A stretch of 64,000 nucleotides of DNA from Patescibacteria group bacterium (GCA_035510735.1 DATKGN010000002.1:3275-67274); one strand, 5' to 3'. Positions 45,071 through 57,398 are shown, counted from the first letter of the stretch. The notes: generated from the sequence alone by a model not told the origin. Made by a program: numbers and translations.

Positions 45071-47006
45071 CATATTCATCAAATAATTTTTTTGCGCTAC
45101 CCTTATCCTTTAAACAATCCCGATATGTCGTCGCTTCATCAAAGATTATTTGTTTATCCTGTGTGAACGAAACTTTTTTTGCTTCCTCAAATGATTGAAT
45201 TGCGTTTTGACATTCTTTCAGTTCCAATTCGCTAATACCTTTATCTTTGAGAGCCGTAGCCGTGTCTGAGTCTCCGCCATACGCGAGTGCAGCAATAAAT
45301 TGACCCTTCGCTGTCATAAAATCACCGCCGCGTAACAGTGTCTCCCCAAATGAAATCCTTGCTGCCTCATAGACATTTCTGACATCTGAGAGCATGAGAT
45401 GATTATAACGGGATAGAATACCTGCTGTCGGATTATGTGCCGTTTTCCAGAAACGTACATTGGTATCACGCATAACTTGGGTGCTCGGTAATCGATCTTT
45501 GGACACAAGCTCATACACAATCCCATAGGGCACCCAATACCAGGAGGAGCCAATTGAATATTTTGTGTATGAAAATAGACGAGTTTTCGCGGCATTGAGT
45601 ATAAGAAATTCCGGCAAAAATGAGGGGGACGCAAGAGGCGGCATCGGAAGGGAGGGATAATTACGATGAACGATTTGTTGATAATCCCCATAGGTGAGGC
45701 GGCTGCCATGAAGTACGACAATATCGCTTCGGAAATGTTCCACATACCGTACATATTGCGTTGTGAAAAGAACGGTATCACGATCCAAAAGAAGCACGCT
45801 GCCGTAGGGCAAATCCGCCAAAACATCATGCCCCAAATTCTCTGCGGTCCTATCGTTTGCGTAACCGGTAAATTTCAAAAGAGTAATGGTCAGAAGCGTG
45901 AATGTAAACATAAAGCACAAACATATAAACCCATTCGTTAAAATGGTATGAAATCGGTAGGTTCTCGTCAAAGACACAATATGATCGACGACAAACGAAA
46001 ATCCGATTCCCGCTCCTATCGCAATAATAACGTATGACGGCAGTAAAAACCGTTCAAACGTCCCAAGCGTGAAGTGGCTGATGAGCGGGAAACTTGCGTA
46101 AAAAAGAAACACCGGCCCCATACCCGCTAACGAAAGTATAAAGAGCCAAAAGACGTGTCGGTTCTTTTGCCATAATGAAACAAATCCGACTACCATAAAA
46201 CCCAACCCAAACCATTTGAAATCTTCAAAAAGATATTGAACGAATGCCTGTAATTCCAAAAACCGCTGAAACGGCAATTGCCCGTATGCGCCACTTGATT
46301 GAAACGTGCCGTAATCCGCCCGCGTCACGAGCTTTATAACATTGGTAATACTCGTTGCACTATCCCAAATAATCATTGAGTGTCCGTGAGTTGCCAAAAA
46401 GATATAGAGGTAGGGGAGTAATCCGCTAATAAAAAAAAGGGCGACCCATAGGACAGATATACGTTTCAGGTGTTTTCTCTCAAGCCACAAAAAATAGGCG
46501 ATCGCGGGGGTCAGAAACAATATAACCTGGTGATGAGTGAGTGATAAACCGCCGATAAAACTCAAAAGGTAAAACGTCTGTAATCGTCCGGATTCCTGCC
46601 ACCTGATGAGAAGCAAAAGCAACACAACGACGAATGCATCAAGGAGTGCGAATACCTCAGGGGTAATGCTATATAAAAAAAAGAGATAATTACCAAGGAT
46701 GAGGAGTGATGCAAATATGCCGGCTATGCGGCTTCGTGTCATCCTGACAACGAGTACATATACGATAGCTATAACAACTGCATGCGGGACAGAAGATAAT
46801 AGCCCGACGCGCCAGCTCACCGTAAAGACTGGAATACGGCTTGTTAACCAGCCCAAAAATGTATAAAACGGATAACCCGGAGGATGAGCAACACCGAACG
46901 TTGACGCCGCAGTCACTATATCGCCACTATCGCCTGCGGGTATACCCTGCGATTGAAATAATAGAAATAGAGCTACGCTTATGAAACCTAAAAGTGTCGC
47001 GATCAT
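45033..47006 (-). CDS. DUF2723/TMEM260-like GT-C protein O-glycosyltransferase with C-terminal TPR-like soluble domain
   Basis: The N-terminal hallmark GIPAGDSGDIVTAASTFGVAHPPGYPFYTFLGWL is the DUF2723 signature. ~11 TM helices, then a ~200-aa soluble alpha-helical tail. Starts 32 nt downstream of pilA on the same strand. Confidence 0.6.
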   Translation of the reverse strand: MIATLLGFISVALFLLFQSQGIPAGDSGDIVTAASTFGVAHPPGYPFYTFLGWLTSRIPVFTVSWRVGLLSSVPHAVVIAIVYVLVVRMTRSRIAGIFASLLILGNYLFFLYSITPEVFALLDAFVVVLLLLLIRWQESGRLQTFYLLSFIGGLSLTHHQVILFLTPAIAYFLWLERKHLKRISVLWVALFFISGLLPYLYIFLATHGHSMIIWDSATSITNVIKLVTRADYGTFQSSGAYGQLPFQRFLELQAFVQYLFEDFKWFGLGFMVVGFVSLWQKNRHVFWLFILSLAGMGPVFLFYASFPLISHFTLGTFERFLLPSYVIIAIGAGIGFSFVVDHIVSLTRTYRFHTILTNGFICLCFMFTFTLLTITLLKFTGYANDRTAENLGHDVLADLPYGSVLLLDRDTVLFTTQYVRYVEHFRSDIVVLHGSRLTYGDYQQIVHRNYPSLPMPPLASPSFLPEFLILNAAKTRLFSYTKYSIGSSWYWVPYGIVYELVSKDRLPSTQVMRDTNVRFWKTAHNPTAGILSRYNHLMLSDVRNVYEAARISFGETLLRGGDFMTAKGQFIAALAYGGDSDTATALKDKGISELELKECQNAIQSFEEAKKVSFTQDKQIIFDEATTYRDCLKDKGSAKKLFDEYATLVKNEQTPLQ

Positions 47007-47038
47007 TCACTATGCCCGTCTCAGGCAGGATGCAAATC

Positions 47039-47566
47039 TTACTGGACACAGAAATAACAGGGGCTAGTCCCTCCGGATGCATTGGCGCTTGTATCTGATT
47101 TACAATATCCCTGGGCCGGACTACTCCCATCCTTATTATACTGGGTATACCCGTCAACTTGAAAGCTCTTCGATTGGGGCTCATAGCAAACGATGATGCT
47201 ATCAGCAGATGTCGAGTTCACGAAAATCTGTCCGAGATTTGCGGTCCCCGCCAATTCCATAAATCCCGTCTTTAATTCCCCCCCGCCAATGAGTAAATTT
47301 ACCGCATCAGTCATGGTATTAAGCTGGGTTGCTGTAGCCAGACCCGTTCCGCCCCAGGGTAATACACCTTTATTCGCGTAATACCGAAGTGCCGCATTAT
47401 AAAACTCGGATACGGTATTTTTGGTTGAAGTATCACGGCCTTTTTTCAATTGTTCAAACGGGTCAATCGTCGCTAAAAGTCCGACAGCAAGTGCACCAAG
47501 AAGAGCGATAACGATAAGAAGTTCAATAAGTGTAAAACCTTTACGGAACTGAGCAGTGTTTTTCAT
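47039..47566 (-). CDS. pilA: Major type IVa pilin
   Basis: MKNTAQFRKGFTLIELLIVIALLGALAVGLLA has G|F cleavage and Glu+5. C-terminal Cys pairs and a Ser/Thr-rich C-terminal region. First gene after pilC with its own promoter-like TTGACA upstream. Confidence 0.85.
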   Translation of the reverse strand: MKNTAQFRKGFTLIELLIVIALLGALAVGLLATIDPFEQLKKGRDTSTKNTVSEFYNAALRYYANKGVLPWGGTGLATATQLNTMTDAVNLLIGGGELKTGFMELAGTANLGQIFVNSTSADSIIVCYEPQSKSFQVDGYTQYNKDGSSPAQGYCKSDTSANASGGTSPCYFCVQ

Positions 47567-47632
47567 AAAATAATACCTCTATCTATGTGTTTATCATCTT
47601 CAAAGAGGGGTTGTCAAGCACCGGAAAAATCA

Positions 47633-48844
47633 TTACTTGAACTGACTCGTCAGATTGTAAATCGGTGTGATAACAGAGATGACGATAAATCCCACGCCGA
47701 CGCCCAAAAAGACCATAATAATGGGCTCGATTGCCGTCGTGAGGCCCTTCACAAGATGCTCAGATTCGGATTCAAAATATTTGGACAATTTAAGAAGGGT
47801 ATCATCAAGCCTGCCGGTCTCTTCACCGACTTTCATCATCTGGGATACAATCGTGGGGAATACGTCATATTGCGCGAACGTATCACCCAGCGGAAACCCC
47901 TTTTCAACCTTTTTAGCAATTTCTGATATTGCATTCCGGAAAACCACGTTATCAAGTGAATCCCGCAGAATGCGTAAACCCTCTAATATATGTATGCCTG
48001 ATGCCACAAGCATTCCAAGCGTCCGCGTGAATTCAACGAGCATTATTTTCTTCTGCAGTTCGCCGAAAAGCGGCACTTTTAATATCAGGGTGTCAACAAT
48101 GAGTTGACCTTCGGGAGTCTTACGCCACGCGCGGAAAGCCGCAACCACACCAATTCCGCCGAAAATCATGAGCCACCACCAATGGACGAAAAATCCCGAT
48201 GTCGCCATAAGAATTTTCGTCGACATCGGTAAATCGATATTGAAGTCCTTATACAAATCAGTCAGTTTCGGAACGACAACTGTCATCATGATAAACACGA
48301 CAACCGCCATACCGATAAGAATAATAACCGGATAAATCATCGCACCCTGTACTTTTCCGTTGAATTCCCGCTGGGACTCAAGTATATCGGCGAGCCGCGC
48401 AAGCACACGGTCCATGGTGCCTGAGGATTCCCCGGCCCGAACAAGGGCAATATAGGTCGTACTAAACATGGCAGGATATTTCGACAATGCGTCAGCGAGC
48501 GTCCCGCCACTCACTATCTGATGTTCAACATCCTGCAACATCGCAATAAATATTTTATTGGTCGACTGTGTACGAAGAATTGTAAGGGCCTCGGGGAGCG
48601 ACAAGCCGGCAACCATCATGGTCGCAAGTTGTCTTGTAAAGTTCACGATGTCATTAAATCCAACGCGCTGAAACCGCTCGGTGAGGCCGGCAAACGACAT
48701 CTGTTCATTTGACTGAGTAAGCCCGATCACAAAAAGCTGTTTCTCATGGAGGAGCCTGGACGCAGTAGTTTCATTGGGTGCTTCAACCAAGCCGGTCAGA
48801 ATTTTTCCGTCAAGTCCCCTCGCTTTGTAGTGAAATAACGCCAT
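47633..48844 (-). CDS. pilC: Type IV pilus inner-membrane platform protein PilC
   Basis: GspF/PilC family with two repeated T2SSF domains; 403 aa. Confidence 0.85.
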   Translation of the reverse strand: MALFHYKARGLDGKILTGLVEAPNETTASRLLHEKQLFVIGLTQSNEQMSFAGLTERFQRVGFNDIVNFTRQLATMMVAGLSLPEALTILRTQSTNKIFIAMLQDVEHQIVSGGTLADALSKYPAMFSTTYIALVRAGESSGTMDRVLARLADILESQREFNGKVQGAMIYPVIILIGMAVVVFIMMTVVVPKLTDLYKDFNIDLPMSTKILMATSGFFVHWWWLMIFGGIGVVAAFRAWRKTPEGQLIVDTLILKVPLFGELQKKIMLVEFTRTLGMLVASGIHILEGLRILRDSLDNVVFRNAISEIAKKVEKGFPLGDTFAQYDVFPTIVSQMMKVGEETGRLDDTLLKLSKYFESESEHLVKGLTTAIEPIIMVFLGVGVGFIVISVITPIYNLTSQFK

Positions 48845-48854
48845 ACACGCCTCG

Positions 48855-49907
48855 CTATAGTTTTAATATGCGTCCTAATTCCTCAGGATGGACGGAGTAG
48901 GATATTGCCATTTCAACGCTTATTTTTCCTTCTTTCACTGCATTTGCAAGTGCTGTTTCAAGCGGCATCATCCCAAGTTCAGCGGAGGTTTGAATAATAT
49001 TATCGATAAGATGCGTTTTACCGTCCCGTATCGTCGTCCGTATGGCAGGCGTTCCGGTCATAATTTCTCCGACCACGATCCGCCCTCCCGAAATGGCAGG
49101 TATGAGCCGAAGCGACAACACGCCTTCGATTACCGTTGCAAGTTGTAGGCGGACCTGAATCTGCTGATTTTCCGGAAACACGTCAACGATACGGTCAACC
49201 GTTTGCGCTGCCGAGTTCGTGTGAAGCGTCGCAAAGACCAAGTGACCGGTCTCAGCAATCGTGAGCGCCGCCTGAATGGTCTCAAGATCCCGCATCTCCC
49301 CGATAAGAACAACATCAGGGTCTTCCCGAAGCACACTCCGGAGCGCTATGTTCCACGAGTGACTATCCTGATGCATCTCACGCTGAGAGATAATAGAGAG
49401 TCCCTTTGGGTAAATATATTCAATCGGATCCTCAATGGTTACAATATGATGGGCTTTTGTCTCGTTGATCTCATTTATAATAGAAGCGAGTGTCGTTGAT
49501 TTACCATGGCCAGTCGGTCCAGTAACTAAGATAAATCCCTGCCTGAGTTTCGCAAAATCATGACAAATAGAAGGCAGACCGAGCTGATCGATCGTCCGAA
49601 TCGTATTGGGGATAAGCCGGAAGTCGGCGGCAATTGAGCCTTTCTGGTAGTACACATTCGCCCGAAATCGGCCCGTGTCCGCGTCGATTGAAAAATCAAC
49701 TTCCTTATTCGTGAGCAGGAGCTCTTTTTGTGCAGAGTTAAGAATCTGATAAATAAGCGCCTCTGTATCCTCTCTAGTTAGCGTCTGGGACCCCGCAACA
49801 GGCGCCAATTTTCCGTCGACACGGAGCATCGGAGGATACCCGAAGATCAGATGTAAATCCGAGGCTTTGAGCCGCATTGTTTCCGCAAATAGTTGGTGTA
49901 TATCCAT
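48855..49907 (-). CDS. pilT: Type IV pilus retraction ATPase PilT
   Basis: Walker A VTGPTGHGKSTTLASIINEIN, Asp box and His box; 350 aa. Confidence 0.85.
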   Translation of the reverse strand: MDIHQLFAETMRLKASDLHLIFGYPPMLRVDGKLAPVAGSQTLTREDTEALIYQILNSAQKELLLTNKEVDFSIDADTGRFRANVYYQKGSIAADFRLIPNTIRTIDQLGLPSICHDFAKLRQGFILVTGPTGHGKSTTLASIINEINETKAHHIVTIEDPIEYIYPKGLSIISQREMHQDSHSWNIALRSVLREDPDVVLIGEMRDLETIQAALTIAETGHLVFATLHTNSAAQTVDRIVDVFPENQQIQVRLQLATVIEGVLSLRLIPAISGGRIVVGEIMTGTPAIRTTIRDGKTHLIDNIIQTSAELGMMPLETALANAVKEGKISVEMAISYSVHPEELGRILKL

Positions 49908-49909
49908 AG

Positions 49910-51631
49910 TTAATCCTGCGCGACGCGCAACACTTCCTCTATCGACGTTAACCCCTCAAGCGCCTTCATATACCCGTCCTGTTTCATAGTCATCATACCC
50001 TCCTCAACCGCCTGAGTCTCAATCTCGGTATTGGATGCGCGCTTCAATACCAGTTTACCTATCGCATCGGAAACGGGGAACACCTCAAAAATTCCGAGGC
50101 GTCCGTAATACATCGAACCCCCGCAGGTCTGACACGACTGCCCGTTCAGTGTCCCTTTTCCACGATACAGCTTCATCACGCGGTCAGCGGGTATTAACGG
50201 CCCTAACACTTTACGGATATCTGCTACCACTGGCTCTTCCGGCGTATATTCCTCCTTACACTGCGGACAGACTTTCCTCGCGATTCGTTGACCGACAATT
50301 CCCGTGAGCGCTGATGTCACAAGAAACGGTTCGGCCCCGAGGTCGATAAGACGGGGGATAGCGCCTGATGCATTATTCGTATGCAGTGTAGAAAACACCA
50401 AATGTCCGGTAAGCGCAGCCTGAATGGCAAGCTCTGTCGTTTCCCGATCGCGGATTTCTCCGACCAGAATAATGTTCGGGTCTTGCCGCAGAAAAGACCG
50501 CAAACCGGTTGCGAACGTCAATCCCGCCTGTTGATTAATCTGGACCTGGTTGACGCCTGATATCTGATACTCAACCGGGTCCTCAAGCGTCATGATATTC
50601 ACTTTCGAGTTATTTAATTTTGACAGAACCGAATAGAGCGTCGTCGTTTTACCGGAGCCGGTAGGGCCGGTCACAAGTATGATGCCGTGAGGCTTCATAA
50701 TACACGACTCGAGATTTTTAAGAGCCAGACCCCGGAGCCCTAAATCGTTAAGTGTGGGAATTCCGCCGGATTTTTTGAGAAGCCGCATAACGATCTTTTC
50801 TCCGTTGACCGTCGGCAATGTCGAGACACGGAGATCAACCTCCTGATCTCCCATCTTAAAATTGAAGCGGCCATCCTGAGGCACACGCTTTTCATCTATC
50901 TTCATGTTGCCTAAAATTTTTATACGGGAAACGACGGCGTCATGGAGTCGTTTCGGGAGCACTAACCGCTCCTGAAGAATACCGTCAACGCGATAACGAA
51001 TTCTCGTATCGCCGTCCTGCGGCTCAATATGAATATCTGACGCCCGAAGCTGCATCGCCTGCTCGAGTGTTGCCGATACGATCTGAGCAATAGGCGCTTC
51101 ACGAATTACTTCACCGAGACGGCCTGCTTCATACGTCTTAATCTCCGATGTCTCAGTTTCCTTAAGAGCAGCAGTCACGTCTTCACCAAGATTCTGCGTA
51201 TAGGATGTATCGATTGCCGCAAGGATATCATCTTTAACGCCCATAAATGCTCTGATCGTTTTGCCTGATTTTTTCTCCAAAAATTCAATGACCTGAAAGT
51301 CGAGAGGATCAAGCATCGCAACGGACAATTCATTGGTCTGGTTGTCAAACTGAAAGGGGAGAAGCGTATACCGGCGGATCACGGGTTCAGGAATGTAGCT
51401 CACAATATCCGGTGCAATCGCCCGGCCTGCAAGCGTTATAAACGGGATACCCAGTGATTTTGCGCGGGCTTTGGCAAAATCAAGATCACTGATCACGTGC
51501 TTCTTTCGAAGAATATCCTCTACTGACTCGCCGCTTGAAAGTGATTGGGTCATGACACTGTCCGCTTCCGCTTGACTTAAACGGCGGTCAGTGACAAGAA
51601 TAGCTAAAATTTCCTGGGCAGTACCGGGCAT
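49910..51631 (-). CDS. pilB: Type IV pilus extension ATPase PilB
   Basis: GspE/PilB family with N-terminal GSPII domain, Walker A VTGPTGSGKTTTLYS and the tetracysteine CPQC...CQTC. Confidence 0.85.
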   Translation of the reverse strand: MPGTAQEILAILVTDRRLSQAEADSVMTQSLSSGESVEDILRKKHVISDLDFAKARAKSLGIPFITLAGRAIAPDIVSYIPEPVIRRYTLLPFQFDNQTNELSVAMLDPLDFQVIEFLEKKSGKTIRAFMGVKDDILAAIDTSYTQNLGEDVTAALKETETSEIKTYEAGRLGEVIREAPIAQIVSATLEQAMQLRASDIHIEPQDGDTRIRYRVDGILQERLVLPKRLHDAVVSRIKILGNMKIDEKRVPQDGRFNFKMGDQEVDLRVSTLPTVNGEKIVMRLLKKSGGIPTLNDLGLRGLALKNLESCIMKPHGIILVTGPTGSGKTTTLYSVLSKLNNSKVNIMTLEDPVEYQISGVNQVQINQQAGLTFATGLRSFLRQDPNIILVGEIRDRETTELAIQAALTGHLVFSTLHTNNASGAIPRLIDLGAEPFLVTSALTGIVGQRIARKVCPQCKEEYTPEEPVVADIRKVLGPLIPADRVMKLYRGKGTLNGQSCQTCGGSMYYGRLGIFEVFPVSDAIGKLVLKRASNTEIETQAVEEGMMTMKQDGYMKALEGLTSIEEVLRVAQD

Positions 51632-51672
51632 AGTATATATCCATTATTGATAGTTTGCAGTAATATTGCAAT

Positions 51673-52323
51673 ATGCACGCATATTACATTGTCGGAGCTG
51701 ACGAAGAGGATCGTAAAAACAAAGTTAAGAATCTTCTCACCGATTGGTCCGTCGCCGCACCTGATCAAATAACCATATACGATGAAGAAGAGCATATCGG
51801 CATCGGTGCCGTACGGGAATTTCAAAAAAGACTCATGCTCACGCCGTTTCAGTCGGATCGCACTGTCGGTGTTATCATGCACGCAGAACGCCTGACAACA
51901 GAGGCCCAGAATGCGCTCCTCAAACTCCTGGAAGAACCTCCTCCCCATGCATATATCATCCTCGCGGGTCAAACAGTTGATGCGGTTCTTCCGACGATCA
52001 TCTCCCGATGCGAAGTGATGCTTATAACGGAAAAAATGAACGATGCGACCCGCGAAGAAGCCAAAATAATCACGGATCTTTTCAACTACACGGTCGTACA
52101 AAAATTGTCTTATGTTGATACGGTCGCCGATGACCGGTTAAAGGCAAAAAACTGGACATACAACACAATAAAAACCGGAAGTCAGCTTCTCCTTAAGTCC
52201 ACAACTCCGGGGGAACGATTGCGATATTCAAAATTGTTACGACTTCTCACAACCGCTTTAAGACAGCTTGAAGTAAATGTCAATCCGCGCCTTGTTCTTG
52301 ATTGTGCACTTCTGGATCTTTAA
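51673..52323 (+). CDS. holB: DNA polymerase III delta-prime subunit
   Basis: Short AAA+-like clamp-loader subunit with the SRC motif (PTIISRC). Confidence 0.65.
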   Translation: MHAYYIVGADEEDRKNKVKNLLTDWSVAAPDQITIYDEEEHIGIGAVREFQKRLMLTPFQSDRTVGVIMHAERLTTEAQNALLKLLEEPPPHAYIILAGQTVDAVLPTIISRCEVMLITEKMNDATREEAKIITDLFNYTVVQKLSYVDTVADDRLKAKNWTYNTIKTGSQLLLKSTTPGERLRYSKLLRLLTTALRQLEVNVNPRLVLDCALLDL

Positions 52324-52961
52324 TCGGCAGCATGCCGCGATTCACGCGAAACAACGGCTCCTGCGGAGTCAATATGATAGAGAACAAGCTCCCCTGTAGC
52401 AAGTTCAACGTTACATATCTGTTCATCCGATACGTGATCAAGATATTTTATGAGCGCCCGGAGACTATTGCCATGCGCTACAACGAGCACATGTTTCTCC
52501 TCTCTGAGTAATGGCGCAATGTGTTCCATGTAGTAGGGGATAACCCGCCCATATACCTGTTTGAGACTTTCACCTGAAGGAATCGGATAATCCCAGCCCC
52601 GCCGAAGCTTTAAAAACTCACGGTCACCAAGGCTCGCATGTATCTCAAGTTTATTTTTACCCGTATAGATGCCGTAGTCACGCTCATTGAGCGCAGCGTT
52701 TCTGGTGACGGTGACACCGGTTTGACCGAGCGTTTCTAACACAATACGCAGCGTTTCGTTGGCCCGTTTTAGATTTGATGTAAAAGCAGAATTAAACTGA
52801 ATATCCGTTAATTTCCCCGCACATGCACGCGCCTCATCTTCACCTTTTGGGGTAAGTCCGATATCTGTGAGGCCTGTCCAGATATTTTTTGCGTTCCACT
52901 CAGATTCCCCGTGACGGATAAGCACGAGCATACCGTCACCGTGTTGGGTTTCGTTATCCAT
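52320..52961 (-). CDS. gpmA: 2,3-bisphosphoglycerate-dependent phosphoglycerate mutase
   Basis: LVLIRHGESEWN catalytic His motif and the histidine phosphatase fold. Confidence 0.9.
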   Translation of the reverse strand: MDNETQHGDGMLVLIRHGESEWNAKNIWTGLTDIGLTPKGEDEARACAGKLTDIQFNSAFTSNLKRANETLRIVLETLGQTGVTVTRNAALNERDYGIYTGKNKLEIHASLGDREFLKLRRGWDYPIPSGESLKQVYGRVIPYYMEHIAPLLREEKHVLVVAHGNSLRALIKYLDHVSDEQICNVELATGELVLYHIDSAGAVVSRESRHAAD

Positions 52962-52971
52962 ATCTTCTATC

Positions 52972-54165
52972 CTACGCCGAATGGAATCCGTTTTTCAATG
53001 CGGCAATTGCCGGAAGCGTTCCCTTTTCGATAAATTCAAGCATCGCCCCGCCGCCGGTCGAAATAAGATCAATGCTTTTAAGTGCCTGCTCGTCGGTTAT
53101 CGTGGTAATCGTATCACCGCCCCCGACGATGCTCACGGATTTTGATTTGGCGATACTCTCACACGTTTTAATAGTCCCGGCGGCAAATCGTGCATCCTCG
53201 TAGAGTCCCATCGGGCCGTTCCAAATAATAGTACCGGCCTTTTGGATGATGCCATTAAGCTCCTCTTGGGCGCACGGGCCGATGTCATAAATCCCCAGTC
53301 CCATCGGCACCTGATTATAGGGGAGGACCATGGGTTTAGTTGTCCTCTCCGCATTACTCACAATCACATCGGCGGGTAATAACAATTGGGCGGGGACGCG
53401 GGTTGCTTTCCAGAGCACGTTCCTTGCCATTTCAATCATCTCATGATCGACCTTTGAAACGCCGACACCGATGCCCCAGGTTGCAAAGAACGTGTTGGCG
53501 ATTGCGCCCCCCAAATAAATTGTATTTGCCGTTTCCAGCAATTTCTCAATCACCCGTATTTTTTCCGGCGTCTTACCACCGCCGATGACGACCACAAGCG
53601 GACGCTTCGGTTTTGTGACAGCGTCGCCGATCATCGATATCTCCCGCCAAAAAAGTAAACCGGCATAGGACGGAAGAAATGCAGTAATACCGACCGTTGA
53701 TGCATGAGCTCGATGTGCGGTGCCAAATGCATCATTCACGAAAATGTCGCCCAACTGCGAAAGTTGTTTTGCAAACGCAACGTCGTTGAGTTCTTCGCCC
53801 GGATTGAACCGCAAATTTTCACACAACACGACGCTACCTGGTGCTAGCGCATTCATGGCTTGTGAGGCATGAGGGTCCAAGTAAGAATCAACGAACGACA
53901 CTTGTTTAGCTAAAAGCTCACTCAGTCGTTTCGCGACGCCGGAAAGCGTTAATGCAGGATCAACTTCGCCATTGGGTCTTCCTAAGTGAGAAAGAAGTAT
54001 TATTTTTGCATGTTGTTTGAGAAGATAGTGAATTGTGGGAACCGCGGCTCTTATGCGGCTGTCATTGGCAATTGCCTTATCTGCCGTGAGCGATACGTTA
54101 AAGTCAACGCGGACAATCACCCGTTTTCCGTTAACCTCTGCATCCTTAAGTTGCGGAATAGACAT
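52972..54165 (-). CDS. pgk: Phosphoglycerate kinase
   Basis: Starts MSIPQLKDAEVNGKRVIVRVDFNV, the canonical PGK N-terminus. The ORF-track start 54252 is an extension. Confidence 0.9.
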   Translation of the reverse strand: MSIPQLKDAEVNGKRVIVRVDFNVSLTADKAIANDSRIRAAVPTIHYLLKQHAKIILLSHLGRPNGEVDPALTLSGVAKRLSELLAKQVSFVDSYLDPHASQAMNALAPGSVVLCENLRFNPGEELNDVAFAKQLSQLGDIFVNDAFGTAHRAHASTVGITAFLPSYAGLLFWREISMIGDAVTKPKRPLVVVIGGGKTPEKIRVIEKLLETANTIYLGGAIANTFFATWGIGVGVSKVDHEMIEMARNVLWKATRVPAQLLLPADVIVSNAERTTKPMVLPYNQVPMGLGIYDIGPCAQEELNGIIQKAGTIIWNGPMGLYEDARFAAGTIKTCESIAKSKSVSIVGGGDTITTITDEQALKSIDLISTGGGAMLEFIEKGTLPAIAALKNGFHSA

Positions 54166-54167
54166 AA

Positions 54168-55166
54168 TTAGTACGACGAAATATAGAGCGCAAGTTCGAC
54201 GAGCCGGTTTGCATATCCCCATTCGTTGTCGTACCAGGCGGTCACATGACACAGCGTGCCCTCAACAACATCAGTAAGATATGGATCAACAATCGCGGAA
54301 TTCGGATTGCCGATATAATCAGAAGATACTAATTCATCCATTGCGACAGATAAAATTCCTTTTAGCGTCGACGAAGCGGCTTTTCGAAACGCGGTGTTCA
54401 CATCATCAATCGTGGTTTTCTTTTTTACCTCACAAACAAGTTCGATTAGGGAAACCGTTGGTGTCGGCACCCTTATAGACCTGCATGGCAATTTTCCTTT
54501 CAAATGAGGGAATAGTTTCGCGACATCGCGGGCACTGCCGCTCGTTGCTGGAATCAGATTTACAAGCGCACTCCTTCTAGAACGCACTTCTTTCCGGTGC
54601 GAATTATCCAATAAATTCTGTGAATCGGTGACAGCATGGACGGTCGTCATACTTCCTCGTATTACTCCAAGTTCATCATCAAGAACTTTTAACACGGTGG
54701 CGACACAATTGGTCGTACATGAGGAATTGGAGACAATCGGCTCTTCGGCATACTTCGTATGATTGACTCCCATAATATAGGTTGGTGTATCATCTTTGAC
54801 GGGCGCGGAAATAACTACGTGCTTTACATTTCCTTGAAGGTGACCTTGAACATCCTCAGTCGCCCGGAATTTGCCCGTGCATTCAAGAACGAGGTCGACA
54901 TCTGCATCACTCCAGGGAATTTCAGAAACCTCTTTTTTTTGGAAACAGGCAATCTTCGTTTTACCGGCAAGTATCGTTTGACCCTCTGCCGTAATATCCA
55001 TCGGAAACGTTCCCTGGCTTGAATCGTGTTTCAAAAGATATGCATGGGAAGCGGCATCAGAGTTACTGTTGATCGCGGCAAATACGACATCTTTCGACTC
55101 AAGAATAATCCGTGCGGCATTCCGGCCTATCCTCCCAAATCCGTTTATCCCGATTCGTACTGCCAT
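54168..55166 (-). CDS. gap: Glyceraldehyde-3-phosphate dehydrogenase
   Basis: Starts MAVRIGINGFGRIGRN, with the catalytic SCTTNC motif. Confidence 0.9.
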   Translation of the reverse strand: MAVRIGINGFGRIGRNAARIILESKDVVFAAINSNSDAASHAYLLKHDSSQGTFPMDITAEGQTILAGKTKIACFQKKEVSEIPWSDADVDLVLECTGKFRATEDVQGHLQGNVKHVVISAPVKDDTPTYIMGVNHTKYAEEPIVSNSSCTTNCVATVLKVLDDELGVIRGSMTTVHAVTDSQNLLDNSHRKEVRSRRSALVNLIPATSGSARDVAKLFPHLKGKLPCRSIRVPTPTVSLIELVCEVKKKTTIDDVNTAFRKAASSTLKGILSVAMDELVSSDYIGNPNSAIVDPYLTDVVEGTLCHVTAWYDNEWGYANRLVELALYISSY

Positions 55167-55260
55167 ATAAATACTATAACACTCTACAGAAACAATTCGT
55201 GGAATGCTTGACACTAAACTGACAAATAGTCGGGGCGCTAAAATGGCTCCTACAACGGTC

Positions 55261-55289
55261 TGGACAAGAAAAAGATGATAGTGTATGAT
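55261..55289 (+). promoter_or_regulatory. Candidate gyrB promoter TGGACA-17-TATGAT
   Basis: Hexamers with 17-bp spacing, ~45 nt upstream of the gyrB ATG. Confidence 0.35.
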
Positions 55290-55304
55290 GATTTGAAGAG
55301 CTGA

Positions 55305-57251
<1,947 letters not shown>

Positions 57252-57260
57252 CTAAGAATT

Positions 57261-57398
57261 GGCACTCGAAGTCCTGAGACACGAAGTGCGAAGGACCAAC
57301 GTGCTACCTTAGATATATAATGAAGTTTTAGCACACGAAGTCCCGAGCGAATACGAGGGGCAAAGTTATATTTGAAATAGATATATAATAGAGAGTGG
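57261..57398 (+). repeat. Imperfect tandem direct repeat (~70 bp x2), each unit ending in TAGATATATAAT
   Basis: Unit 1 is gcacTcgaagtccTgag...tagatatataatG and unit 2 is gcacAcgaagtccCgag...tagatatataatA. Located in the hppA upstream region. Confidence 0.5.

Noticed and set aside
45314-45829. 171-aa minus-strand ORF inside the DUF2723 gene in an alternative frame
   Set aside because: It lies fully inside a longer ORF with a strong family signature, as an alternate-frame artefact.
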